A stretch of DNA of 61,545 bases, the filler included, from Choristocarpus tenellus KU-1152 (Eukaryota; Protista; Phaeophyceae): the NCBI GenBank assembly GCA_964200185.2. It is 11 parts of 11 records of this genome, joined end to end, with 100 filler letters (N's around TTAATTAATTAA, not from the genome) between each part and the next. Parts side by side here need not be neighbours in the genome. Positions count along the whole stretch, not along the records: positions 7,170 to 17,355 come from CAXNAD020003092.1; positions 17,456 to 20,030 come from CAXNAD020026624.1; positions 20,131 to 25,573 come from CAXNAD020010760.1; positions 25,674 to 31,567 come from CAXNAD020009480.1; 7 more parts are not named here. The stretch is one strand, 5' to 3'. A model generated the notes under the pieces. It saw only the letters and a list, made by a program, of their open reading frames with translations, was not told the origin of the DNA and searched no databases. Below are positions 13,481 through 25,983 of the stretch, piece by piece (position 1 is the stretch's first letter; every line of letters begins with the position of its first letter). Both the position numbers and the translations under genes were made by a program.

Positions 13481-13699
13481 TACCTGTATGGGTATGGGGA
13501 AGGTGTATATTAGTGGGGAAATCATAGTATGTAGTAAGTAGTAGTAAGAATTAAAAAAGAATGTCAAAATATCACAAAAAATTGAAATTCGATACATCAT
13601 TCGAATAAAAAATAAAAAAATATTATTTTAAAATGTCCCCAAAACCAGTAAATTATCAAAGAACCATTTCCAAAATATATCCGAATAGAATACTGTACA

Positions 13700-13840
13700 T
13701 TCACTAATACAACAAATAGATCAATATTTTTCACATTTGTGATAACTTCTACTTTAAGGGTTTTTTTCTGACATGTGAACAGTTTTTCCTTGGTATTTCC
13801 ATCGATACATCTACGAAATGTCAGAGGCATAATAATAAAT
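13700..13840 (+). mobile_element. Stem-loop/(TAA)-tail repeat copy, longer
   Basis: Ends TGTCAGAGGCATAATAATAAA; its upstream part matches the copy at 51617-51730. Confidence 0.5.
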
Positions 13841-14029
13841 TATCCACTGAGCCATCAATTATCTCTGACGTACGCCAAACACTGACCCATCATACCGCTA
13901 TGCACGTTACTACTTTTTGTTGTACCAAACTAAATATAAACGTACATGAAACTATGTTACATTCTTGTATCAACATACACAACGTAAGGATAACACTACG
14001 TTGTTACAGGGTATAACACTACGTTGTTA

Positions 14030-14945
14030 CAGGGTGTCCCTCTTTCCCTTCAGTCTTATTAACCTTCTGTCCCTTTCCAACTGCTCACAATAACATTGCA
14101 GAGAAGTTTTTAAGTAAGAGACTACTTCAACAGTAATTTGGAAGATACTCTTAATACATTGCCCGTACTTTGAGCACCACACCTACCCTCTGTGCGTATG
14201 CCACACCATTTCGATTGACATATAAGTCGATCGAGGAGACGAAAGAACACGTTCCGCACCACAGCACCGTTTCCAAAACTCCATATCAGCAGAATACAAA
14301 GCAGAAAATCTTCTACTACCTTTCCATTACCACTGTCCCAATTCCTTTGACGAGGTTCTCCTGGAGGATGCAAGGGAGTTTCTCCTCAGTAAACCATAAG
14401 TCGTCCTGAAATTTTGTCGACACAGATCTCTGGGTGGTAGACCAGCGAGTTTGCAGATAATCATCCCCTAAGTCAACCTTTAACACCAAGTTTCCCTAAC
14501 TACAAATACCCCAACTGTCCCTTCGATGTCGTTACAGATATCCTCGCCAACTTCACCTGTTGTTCAATCTGGGCAGGTTGCTTTGGTCACACATACCAAG
14601 CACCCACTGCTTCATCGGCAGATGCTTTATGTGAACTCGCATTGTTGTCATAAAGGAAAACGATGTCCTTTCCTACCAGGTGTGAGTGAGACTTATTACC
14701 CGATAGGAAGTTCTCCTTTAGAATTTGTAGGTATCACTGGTCATATATTGACACCGGTCACATATTGACAGTCATATCGACAGTCTCTTGGTCTCCACTG
14801 GTACATTTACAGAGACAATCATCTAGCCACAACCCCCTCTGCCAGTGGCCAAATATTGATCTTCCCGTTCCACCAAACTCCATCCTCAACAATATGGAGG
14901 CGAATTCATGGTTTAAAACATAACTTTTGGTAGGTCTGACTGGCT
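14030..14945 (-). mobile_element. Degenerate Tc1/mariner (DD39D-like) transposase relic with possible terminus
   Basis: Frame-broken peptides PKVMF*, DGVWWNGKINIWPLAE, YLQILKEN and YDNNASSH match the KVMFL..FDGKIGIWP..QQDNA.PH pattern. TA|CAGGGTGTCCC at 14028-14040 resembles a mariner TIR start. Confidence 0.55.
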
Positions 14946-15152
14946 TGCAATGAGGGATAAGGTAAACCCTAAAAGGTAGGAGTTTAGGTCAAAACATGCA
15001 CACACATCTCATTGGTTCGGTATAACGGGCGTCTCTCTGCATTTGCTGCCTCCTCCTTTTACAGATATATGTGTTTGTTCTATTATCATGTAGGTAGGGA
15101 GATACTCCTTGAAATATATTGAAATGTTCGATCGGGCGCATGTTTATCCTCA

Positions 15153-15411
15153 GAACCAAAGTATCTTAGAGGGTAGAGCCACGTCCATTTGGGGGCAAAA
15201 ATCTAATGTTGTGATTTTGATGTAATTTTGACTATGGTGTTTGTTGGGAAGTGTAAATATCCTTGTTCCAGGCACACTTTTTCATAACGTAAACATTTTA
15301 CCTTCTCCGAAACATTTTGGAGTAGGAATATGTCATAAAAAAACCCATGGGAAGCCAAGTCCTAAACGGACAAACAGGGCAAAACTCGTACCCTCTAAGA
15401 TACTTTCACTC
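15153..15411 (+). mobile_element. MITE family A
   Basis: Both TIRs present; flanks TCA/GCA. Confidence 0.85.
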
Positions 15412-16989
15412 GCATTTCTTAAAAAAATTCCGGCACTGCAACACAGGAGAAAATAGTACAGCTACACCAACAATTCAGGTTATTTTATTCCCCAGTAAAA
15501 ACACGACACCCTCTTCAATAGTTGTTGCTCAGCGTTTGAAAATAGACACATTTTCCTCAATGGACTGCTGACTCATCTGGTAATTTTTGCCTTGCTGCCA
15601 ACAAGGAAATCAGCACTCAACCGAGCAGTATAGCGTTATGCATTTACCGGAAAACAGTAGAAGCAGTTACACACGTACTGTCAACAGTTCTTCTCGCTGT
15701 CATGTTGTACTGCAGACTAAACCAAACCCGATTTAAACCACAATGCAGGTACTTTCAGACTCAGGCATCAAGGGACCCAATTGTTAAGTAACTACTCTCT
15801 ACACCACACTGCAGCACAGAGTCGGAAGAGTGCATCTTTCAATGCATCATGTGGAATTCATTAGGGCTTGGTTGGGCTGGGTTGCTTGGCAATTCTGATG
15901 CCAACTAGGGTGGGTGGGACGTCAGCTGTGATTCCTCCAGGACCTCAACTGTTTGTCTGCTGTTGACTGTGTACCTACCCATTGCCAGTGACAAATCATG
16001 GGTGTGTCACGTGTGTTCACTCATCAAAACGGAATGTTATCTACTGCTGACCTGTGCATCACACTCATCAATGCAAAGTTGAAGGAAGTAGTTGAACCTA
16101 AACGTCCACTGAACATGAACCTTACTGGGAATCTGACAGCAACGAGGGGCATGACTAATTTAAGGCAGTCTACATCTATTTATCACACAACTGCTTTGCC
16201 GCAAATGTTGTTACCAAACTTTCCCAAACACGAACCTCTTCCTTTCCCCACGATTGATGTGTCCATACTTCTGAATAGTTTCCGCATGCACGTCAAACTT
16301 CAACTTCACGATTCACAACGCAATAAACCGACCATTCATCGTGCATGCACGGTCTAATTTCCTTCGATCTTAAATTCCAATGCTAGCATACTATATTTCC
16401 AGAGTATTGAAGGCAAAAGTTGAATGACACTCATATGCCCAATTGCGAACACTTCAAACACCAAATAGGCCCAAGGTCTGCTTCTTCAGATCCAACTTTA
16501 CTCACTGTCGTCTTGACCATATCCACTGCTTGTGCCCCGCATGTCCAGTTTGACCACTCTCCAAACCTTCAATAGGTACTCAGTACCACTTCAAAGACGC
16601 CTTAGTCCTTGGCATGTCCAAAATAACCATGCTTCACATCCCATTCAGTAATGTAAAGAGATTGAGGGACAAGAACACAATTTCATACTACAACGTATAT
16701 AAAAGGCAACACCTGCCACTGCTGTGCAAGTACTAGACATTGTATCATAAGAGCAATCACTATCTGAGTCAACCATCCCCTCCATAACACAAGATCATCA
16801 AGTTCTATCATAAAAAAAACTCGGTATAGTACGCGAAAAAATACTACTACCTCCGTGCCATAAGTCTGTGCCGCGTTGTCCATAACCTTAGAAGATGTCG
16901 ATGAAATTCATTTCTGAAAAGAATATTTGGAATCCTTGACCAATTTCTGGTTAGGGTCAGCTCTTTTTATTATTATTACTCCCCATCCA

Positions 16990-17355
16990 TCACAATTAAT
17001 TGTATCAGCCACAGAAAAAGCCTCCATGTCTACCTTTGGCATGTTTTCAAGCTCATCAGATAACTGCCTACTCCTTACCCCTTCGTGCTCCACACTAAAG
17101 TCATTCCCCCCTTTGTATCTAAGTACTTTATTGTACACCACAAAGAGGAGCTGCCAAGACCTCTCAAGTGTGGTTTCATCATACTCCTCACACTGTTTCT
17201 TAATGACCTTCACCATCTCCTCGATGGACCCAAAACCGCTCCCCCATCACCCGGCATTTCAAAGACCTGAAGAAGCACGGGTCCATGATATCGAGGTCGG
17301 GGGGGAGTTAGATGGCTGCGTCACAAGCCCAATCGACCACCTCTCAGTCTTCCCT
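16990..17355 (-). mobile_element. Tc1/mariner (DD39D-like) transposase C-terminal relic, cut by gap
   Basis: WSIGLVTQPSNSP/DLDIMDPCFFRSLK..SIEEMVKVI...YDETTLERSWQLLFVVYNKVLRYKGGNDFSVEH. Confidence 0.8.
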
Positions 17356-17547
17356 NNNNNNNNNNNNNNNNNNNNNNNNNNNNNNNNNNNNNNNNNNNNT
17401 TAATTAATTAANNNNNNNNNNNNNNNNNNNNNNNNNNNNNNNNNNNNNNNNNNNNAAGAATCGTGACACGAAAAAATTGACCCCAATTGGACAGCCGCTA
17501 CCCCCTCCCAGATACTTTGAGACTGATGTGAAATAAGGACTACATAA

Positions 17548-17578
<31 letters not shown>

Positions 17579-17618
17579 GGTGGTGGTGGTGGTGGTGGTT
17601 TGGGGCTGCTCTGCTTAC

Positions 17619-19099
17619 CCTGCCGAAGCTGTTGGAATGCTTGCCTATGCTGTTGTTGACAAGGTGGACGAACTGGTTTCCAATGTTCTTGTCTGATGTG
17701 GTGTACTGATAGTCAGGGCGCCGGTGGGTATTCAGGTCAAAAAACAAGGTTAGAGGAGGAAAGCACACAATGGCAAAATCGTGCCCTCACTCTACAGAAA
17801 AGCATCAATCATTGAGTTCTACCTGTGACGGCACCAAAGACTGCTTCCAAGTTGTACTCAAGGCCAAAATCTACACATTACGCTGCATCAAACAACATTG
17901 TGTCTCTGCTATGTCGCACAGCAAGTCCCAAAAGAAAGTTGTCTGAGAAGGTAAAATATTTGTGAATCTCACCTCCTCCACACCGAAGCGAACATAGCAC
18001 TCATCATAGAACCACACTGTCAGTGGGTTCCAATCGGTGACAAGTACCCACTGCCGCATGTCAAATTTCCTCTGTGCGATGATGAGTGGATTCTGAAAAA
18101 GGGTTAAGGAGGTGGTTTGAAGAGGGTCAAGATTGCGTGAGTGACCAAAAGCAATTAAGAGGGTAGGTGTTTTGTCCTGTTTGTCCGTTCAGGGCTTGGC
18201 TTCGCATGGGGATTTCTGTGTGAACACAGTTTACCTAACATGTATACGACTATGAAAGGTGGGTCTGGAGCAAGGATATTGACACTTGCTAACTAACTCA
18301 ATAGCCAAAATTACATCAAAATCGCAACATCGGACTTTTGACCCCAAGCGGACACAGCCCTACCCTCTCCAATGCTTTCACTCCAAGAAGAAATCGTAGT
18401 AGAGAGTGGTGAGAGACATTTAGACCCCCTTCATTTTGATGATTCCATTCTGGAAGTCCTCTTCTTTTGGCCTGCTACATTGGCCTTGCACATCCCTAGC
18501 ACCAGCAGGTCTAAAACGAAAACCAAGTGCTACAATCGATGCTGACACTCCCCCCCCCCCCCCCCTAGGGATATGTACAATTGATCATGCAAGGCTCCAC
18601 TGAACTAGAAGTTTGCATTAATGTTTGGTGATATTTATACGTAAATGTTACAGGACACAAGGGAATTCTGTAAGCGTTCTTAGTAGATAAGCCAAAAAAT
18701 GCTAAACTCGAGGATAACCACAACGGAGGACTGGGCTCAATTTGAAAGTATGAACAATGTGTTCGGCACTCTGAGGGGATCAGATCAGCTCAAAGTTTGG
18801 GGTATTTTTCAGTTGATGGCATGTTGAGGGATGGAAATGATCCATTGAGATTTCCCATAGTCCAAACAGGGGAGGCCCTACATTACAATGCTAGGCAACT
18901 TTCATACCTCCATGTATTTATGAACTACCCACTGAGACACTGCCAAGGGCTGACGGGCTTCAGTGTAGTCCAGGAGTCTCTCCAGCTCGGTGAAGCACTC
19001 TATGCCCCGCCCCCTTGACTTGGCCGCTGGCTTAACAATCCACACATTCTTGCAGAAATCACCGTTGAGGTCAAACTGTGAGCAGGCAGACTTGACTCC
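17619..19099 (-). CDS. TTLL3: Tubulin monoglycylase TTLL3/TTLL8-like (tubulin-tyrosine ligase family), internal exons
   Basis: Exons 18908-19099 ([31 protein letters not shown]), 17973-18092 ([35 protein letters not shown]) and 17619-17705 ([12 protein letters not shown]), all phase 0 with GT-AG ends. [18 protein letters not shown] is characteristic of the TTLL3/8 group. Confidence 0.9.
18143..18383 (-). mobile_element. MITE family A, degenerate, intronic
   Basis: Diverged copy inside a TTLL3 intron. Confidence 0.7.
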
Positions 19100-19594
19100 C
19101 TGACAGTCGGTTGGTATAGTGTGGTGTGGTGTGGTGTGGCCAAGCATTTCAATCAATGAAGATATCATTGCTTGGATTGAACGAAACAGCTCTCCCAAGC
19201 AATGAAATTACAGTGTGTGTGTGTGTGTGCTTTCGAATTGGAGGAGGAAAAAGAGATTAAATGTCTTGTCCTTGCTGTCTCCGCCAAGTATGTCAGGAAG
19301 CACAAAATATCGTTTTGCCTCTACAAAGGAGATGATCCACTAGGTGGAGTTTGTTGGGGTTTTTTTACTCAACCACCGAAGAGCGGAGATCTGTCTGACA
19401 GAGATCAATCTTCATGACAGCGCTCGGATCAGCGAGCAAGAGCCAAAGTGAACGAGAGGTACCCAGTTTTTGGCCGTTTTGCATTTTAAATCAGCTTTTT
19501 CTTCTTTTGCAATTCACCTGTATGTCTATGGATGAAGTGCTAAGTTTGACTTGAGAGCATAGATTTCTCTATTATTTGAACACTTTTGACACCA

Positions 19595-19852
19595 GAGTCA
19601 AAGTATCTTAGAGGGTAGAGCTGCATCTATTTGGGGGCCAAATTCCAATGTTGCAATTTTGATGTAATTTTGGCTACATTTTTGTCAGGAGATGTCTATA
19701 TCCTTGTTCCGGACACTCCTTTTCTTAAAGCATATATTTTACCTACTCTGAAACATTTTGGAGTAGGTAAAATGTAAGTATAAACCCGTGGGAAGCCAAG
19801 CCCCAAATGGACAAACAGGGAAAAACTCGTACCCTCTAAGATACTTTCACTC
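19595..19852 (+). mobile_element. MITE family A nested in another repeat
   Basis: 23-bp TIRs; flanks CCA/ACA. The host repeat occurs uninterrupted at ~23950-24085. Confidence 0.85.
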
Positions 19853-22835
19853 ACAGTTCATAAAATTTCCTACACATATTTGTGAAATAAGACGAATAAT
19901 GCACGTGGTTGTGAGCATCCTTATAATGCAACCCTGCACCTCTCATATACTTCGACTCTCAATGACCCAAAGTATATGGGGGGTGGGGGTGGGGTCTACA
20001 CCAGGGTGTCCATTTGGGCCAACATAAGGANNNNNNNNNNNNNNNNNNNNNNNNNNNNNNNNNNNNNNNNNNNNTTAATTAATTAANNNNNNNNNNNNNN
20101 NNNNNNNNNNNNNNNNNNNNNNNNNNNNNNCCATGGCAGTGGCGGGCCAAGGGGTTGGGGTAGAAGGAGAAACAGTACAGAGGGGGGGGGGGGTGGGGGG
20201 TGGTGGGAGATCCTGGAGTACACAGTAGAAGCAGTTGAAGTTGGGTAAAGCTCAATTACTTCGAGATAAGAGAGTTGACAGGGGGGGGGGAATGAGCAGG
20301 GGAGAAATACCAAGAAAGAGTAATGCAAGTTTCTATATATATATATATAATGCAATTTCTATATTGCGAAGTAGTTGGGTATGCTGCTGTGAGGGAAAAT
20401 TCAGTTGCAAAATGTTGTCTGACTAGGCAAGCCACAAGATGGACCCCATAGGACTAGATTATAGTTGTGATGACAGGCTTTGTACTTGTAAGGGTGTCGT
20501 CAACATCAGTCCTCTGTATGAAGTGAGAGTGCGGCTGGGGCTAGTTGCCATCCCTGCCCTGAGGTTCCCCAAGATGCAACACAGTGGGTATTGAGCTGGC
20601 ACTCTCTATTCAGACGGTGTGTGCAAATTCTTGGAGGAAGATAACATGCTGCATTTCTTTGCCGAGGGCAATGGATAGATGAACGTATGGAAAATATATG
20701 AAAACACATAAATGTATCACTTCGTTCTATGTACATAAAGTCCCAGAACAATAATATACCAAAGGATACTTCTGTGGCAAGGAAACATATACAAAACTGC
20801 CTTGAGTGTCGTGCCATACCACTTATGTCGTGTGCCGTCATTTCAGTTTCTTCAAATGAAACTGTGAATGAACATCTAAAAGTTGGAGAAGAACGAGGAG
20901 GCATGGGAAGGGAGGTCAAGGATGGGATTGGGCAAGGTAGAGGGTAGAATGGAAGATATGATATACCTGATCTTGCCGAGCATCCTCCCTATGTAGTTCT
21001 TCCCTGAGGCTGCATCATTTGGGGCCTGTCTGGTGGTCCATTCCGGGATGGTAGAGACAGGCTGACCAGAGTCCAGCTCGATGGTGGGGTAGAACGGGAT
21101 GTGCGGAAAACCTGTGGTTCCAAGTGATTGTCATGTGGGTCTCTTTGGATACGTGTAACTTCTTGTGTTAGTGTGAATGTGTATGACTTGGAGGAAGAGT
21201 CTTGTGCGTGGTGACATGGTAGGCCGTTGACTATGTCGGTGAGCATACTGAACAGGGGGTGTTCGCATAGTCGGTTGAAACCTTCGATTCAGAGTATAGA
21301 AATCCCATGCCTATATACAAGGGGGTCTTTGACATGGGTCAGTCTTGTTTCCATACCTCTTTAATGGATGGTAAACTGCTCATGAGGTCAAAGAATAGCG
21401 TCAAGAGCATGTGTAACATAAGAGTGCGATCAAAAAAAGAAGATTTGCTCAAAGGAGGAATAGCATAATCACGTTATCTATTGCCGAGGGCAAGGTAGTC
21501 GGAGGAGACACACTAGCAAAATGCAGAGGAGATCTCATAGCTTTAGAGAGGGGTGACGTAGGGGTTGTCCCTATACCAAAGGGCTGCGAAGGTTGAAAAT
21601 GGGTTAGGTTTGGTGAGATGACAGTAACGGCAGAGATGAGGGAGATATGTGTAGATATGTTGGATCGAAGTAGGGTAGGGATATCAGTTCAGCAAGACCT
21701 ACGGATTATGCAGTCACAACAGCGTAAATAAGCCTGGAGTCTGGAGGAACAACCCTGGCAGAGTCATATTCGAAGATCGGGCAATCCGAGGCCCAAAAAA
21801 TACGGGGTAATGGGAAACATCGTGTGTGCATCTTTGAGACGATTTAAGAGACAGACGATCGATAGTATCGATCATCTGAGCAAGCTATATCATTTCTAGT
21901 TAATATGGGGAGTGAGGTAGGGCAGGATCAGTAGGCTGGGCTCCAAGCTTGAGGAGGAAAAGATTGAACTCACGTCGATTTAGTAGTGTGGCAGAGGCAA
22001 GCTGTGATGCAGTCGGCCCACTATGGTCAGGAAGATCAAACGTCTTCTTCACGTCCGGCTGGGATTTATCGCTCTTGGTCTTCTTAGGTGTTATTGCACT
22101 TGAGGCGAGGTCCAAATTTGGCGTTGTGCGTTTTCTCGTGCTGGTGCGTGTCCCTGTTCGTTTCCGTTCCTGTGGATTACTCATGTTGCTCGTTCTCTCC
22201 CAAAAAGTGGGCGTTCGCAAAACTTTCAACCCTACGGGCGTCTACAATTATGGGTGGGAAGTCCACCCTGCAAAAATTCTGGCAGTGAACAATTACCCCC
22301 ATCCACCTGATGTGGGGCCAGGTAAGGACTGTTGGGATTGTTGTCTGCAACAACACCTTGAAAAGTTTTTTGAAAAGCATCGCGCGCAGCAGTTTATTGC
22401 AGAAGAATCAGTATATACAAAGTTTTAGTTGTAGAGAGAAACCACTTTAATACTATTAATAAATGAGATCCATTGTATATATGGTAGTATCATTGAGCAA
22501 CATCGAACCTCAAAGAAGGACCTACACAGTCCTTTCCCACAGGTCTAGTTCTAATTCTACCACTACTACTACTGCTGCTGCTACTGTAATCTCTAGTAAT
22601 AGTACGAGAAGTACTACATATATAGAATAGTACGTTGTACAACAAAGAGTAGTTCTAAAGCAGTAGTAGTAGTATCATGTAAGTACAACACGAGTTATGT
22701 ACTTCAAAGCAATATAAACAAGATAACAGTTTTTTGACATTAATATTATATTATATATTATATTACTACTACGTGTATATAGTTGACCAGTTCTATATAT
22801 AACGGCGTGTAGAATACTTACATAATATCTTGTAT

Positions 22836-22897
22836 TGGTTTTCATTGGTTTCCCCCCTGACACATCTGCAAAATGTCAGAGGACATAATAATAAAAA
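22836..22897 (+). mobile_element. Stem-loop/(TAA)-tail repeat copy
   Basis: CCCTGACACATCTGCAAAATGTCAGAGGACATAATAATAAAAA. Confidence 0.5.
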
Positions 22898-23864
22898 TAT
22901 CTTGTATCGAGAATTGGTTGGAATAGATGGAGGAGTATATCACACTTCAATATCGTGTACATGGACATTTGTAAAACAAGATCATCGCCTAGCACTACTA
23001 CTACTACTGTACACCTCTAAATATTATTTTTTTGTTGCCGACATGCGTGCTTCTACATAATATGCACTATCAATACCAACTAAAAGACGTAAGTACGTGC
23101 CCTTATTATCGAACGATACAACAGTCAATATTGTGTGCAGCCAAGGGCACAAATCGCGCACTATTTATACCAATCTCGCGCTGAAACTGGTGGTGTAAAC
23201 ATATGTTTTTAGGCATGTTCCTCAAAATTTCTTATGTCGACCGTACATTTTGAAGAGAGGTATACCACTGTTTCAAACTCGCACTAAATTTTTCAGCAAA
23301 ACAGATAGTGCTGCATAATACTTACATAAACTGCTGTAGTAGTTGATATAGATTGATTAGCCATATTGTAGAACAGAAGTCTCCACCTTCCAACATAAAA
23401 TGAAGTTTGATTTACTTCTCCGAGTAGTTGAAAACAGGACATGAATACTGCCTAGACTCGACATGGCACAATCGACTCGCTACAGAGATTTGTCCTCAGA
23501 TTCTGTAGTGGATCACTTTATTATCACTACGATTCTCCGGATATACTCTTTAATTGACGGTGTCTTTCGAAAATCGTGCGGTGCGTGATGCTCTAGCAAT
23601 GCATCATCAAACTGTATACATACTACACAAGTGCCACGTAGTAAGCATGTTCAGTAAGGCTGCATTATACCGCTACACAATGGTTCCCGTTTGGTATTTG
23701 ACAAGCCCTTGACTTTTGGTTAACTATTTTTGTGGAGGCTGAAACATTTTATTGTTGATATTCTTCCGCCCTTGATGATAATATCATACCAACACTACTT
23801 GTCTGTGAATCTGTGACACAAACAATTTGAACAATAGAAAAACGAGAGGTACCCAGTTTATTAT

Positions 23865-23943
23865 ATATTATTATGCCCTCTGACATTTTGCAGATAGATG
23901 TGTCAGGGGGGAAACCAATGAAAACTATATGCATATGTGTATA
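23865..23943 (-). mobile_element. Stem-loop/(TAA)-tail repeat copy
   Basis: Reverse copy closely matching 13163-13245. Confidence 0.5.
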
Positions 23944-25389
23944 TCAGGCAGTTTTTCGATCTTTTGCAATTCATCCATGTTTCTATGGATGAAGTGCTAA
24001 GTTTGACTTGAGAGGGTTGATTTCACCATTGTTTGAAATTTTCGACATAACTTAGAAAACATCCTATACGTATTGGAAAAAAATCCAAATTTCGCACATA
24101 TTTGCCTGTATCATTATTTTGAAACTCAGGAAACTTCTCGTTTACTTTGAATTAGAACTCTGAAGCACATATTTTGATTCAACTATAATATCTATGTATG
24201 AATATAATCGCAGTACTACTACTAGTAGTAGTAGAATGAATCGGTGAACACCTATCCATGTACAGTATGTATATTGATTCATTGGTGCTGGGCTAGAGAA
24301 TAATAATTCATGTGGGTGTGTGTGGGTGTGTGTGCGTAAAGATTGAACTCTTATAATATAATAATAGTGTCTTCCTTCGAATCCTTGTCGTATGCGAGGA
24401 GTATGAATGCACGGATAGCCCTGAGATCTTCCAGGTAAGTGTCAGCATGCAAATTCATTTTTTTTATTTAGCATGTACATCGGCGATGCTTGCTTGAGTG
24501 GCAGTTCTAGAGATCGATTGTCTCCAAGCTCCATGCTACATATCTCTATCTTTCTCTATATCACTTTACTGGTCTTCTCTTTCACTTTTCAGTCCGAGCC
24601 CTACTTCCACTTTCCACTCGTAATGTTAATTCCTCGGAAACATGCTCAATTATATTGTGACCTGTATGTATATATATAATATCTATGGCTGGATACTTTT
24701 ATAATAATCAGTGGGTTGTCTTATTATTGTGGCCTCATGGGTACTTGGGAGTATGTGCATTTAATGCATATTAGGCGGGTGTCGGTATGAATGGTGTCAG
24801 GATCAATCATCCCTTCAACAAACAAAATATGTAGGTAATCACTTATTTGTGCCAGGTGATGGCTGACTACACGAAGTACTTCTCATTCTAACGGATCAAG
24901 AAGAATCAACTTGTTTAGTGTCGCTACAGTGTTATTAGCCATCATGTGTCATGTACAGTAGTAGTAGGGCCAGCTTGGTGAGGACACCTGACCGAATTAT
25001 ATGTTTAGAAGTGTCGTACCAGTTAGGTTGATTTTCCCTGGCGTCCATGTGTGCAGATGATCAAGATGAGGAAAAGAGGAGGTATCATGGATGATAGGAT
25101 ATGCTTGACATCTACTTCGGATTATATGGTGTGCAGTAGAGTATATGTTTGTCTCGTCGCTGCATGATAGCAGAAATGATGAAAGCACTAAATAACATGC
25201 CATTTCAAAATTTCTTGATAAGCTCCGTCCGCAGTAGTAGTGGTATCATATTCCATATACAAAATTCAAGGCATGTCAAAGAGAAATTGAGATGATAATT
25301 TATTGGTCCCTCTTTTGTCTTGCCTTGTGGTGGACTACTTGCAAATAATACTGTTGTAGGGACACAGGGTGCCTAACCTTTATGATGCT

Positions 25390-25537
25390 GGCTCAAAGTA
25401 TCTAGGAGGGGTGGCGGCTGTCCATTTGGGGTCAATTTGTTCATGTCGCGATTTTTGGGTGATTTGGTTCCATACGTTGGATGGATAATGAAAGTGCATT
25501 TTTTCTGGTTTTGGACCAAATGGACACTCTGGTGTAG

Positions 25538-25573
<36 letters not shown>
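25390..25573 (+). mobile_element. MITE family B (poly-G/C TIR), truncated by gap
   Basis: Begins GGCTCAAAGTATCT.GG; internal sequence matches the complete copy at 47554-47726. Confidence 0.8.
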
Positions 25574-25673
25574 NNNNNNNNNNNNNNNNNNNNNNNNNNN
25601 NNNNNNNNNNNNNNNNNTTAATTAATTAANNNNNNNNNNNNNNNNNNNNNNNNNNNNNNNNNNNNNNNNNNNN

Positions 25674-25983
25674 AGTTCACATTGGTTGGTCATCAAATGT
25701 GGAGGGTGAGTGGAAATCAGTGTCGAAGAAGGGGGTTTGCACTGGTTGGTCATTGCAAAGGGGGGGTGACTATAAATCAGTTTCAAAGGGGATTCGCACA
25801 GGTTGGCCATCAGAGGTGGGCGGTGACTGGAAATCAATTGCGAAAGGGGTTGGTCATCGCAGGGGGGGAAGGTGACTGGAAATCAGTGGCGAAGGGGTTC
25901 GCACTCGTTGGTCACAAGTGGTGGTACGATGGGGAGGACACAAATATAATTATAATCCAGCATTCGTGAGCAAAACAAAACGC
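25674..25983 (-). repeat. Interspersed element with ~57-bp internal tandem subrepeats
   Basis: 4-5 units of GGTTGGTCAT..GGTGACTGGAAATCAG..GAAGGGGTTCGCAC; the end motif is shared with 6686. Confidence 0.6.

Noticed and set aside
15241-15571. Recurrent ORFs with PKHFGVG / MGSQAPNGQ peptides
   Set aside because: They are translations of non-coding MITE family A copies.
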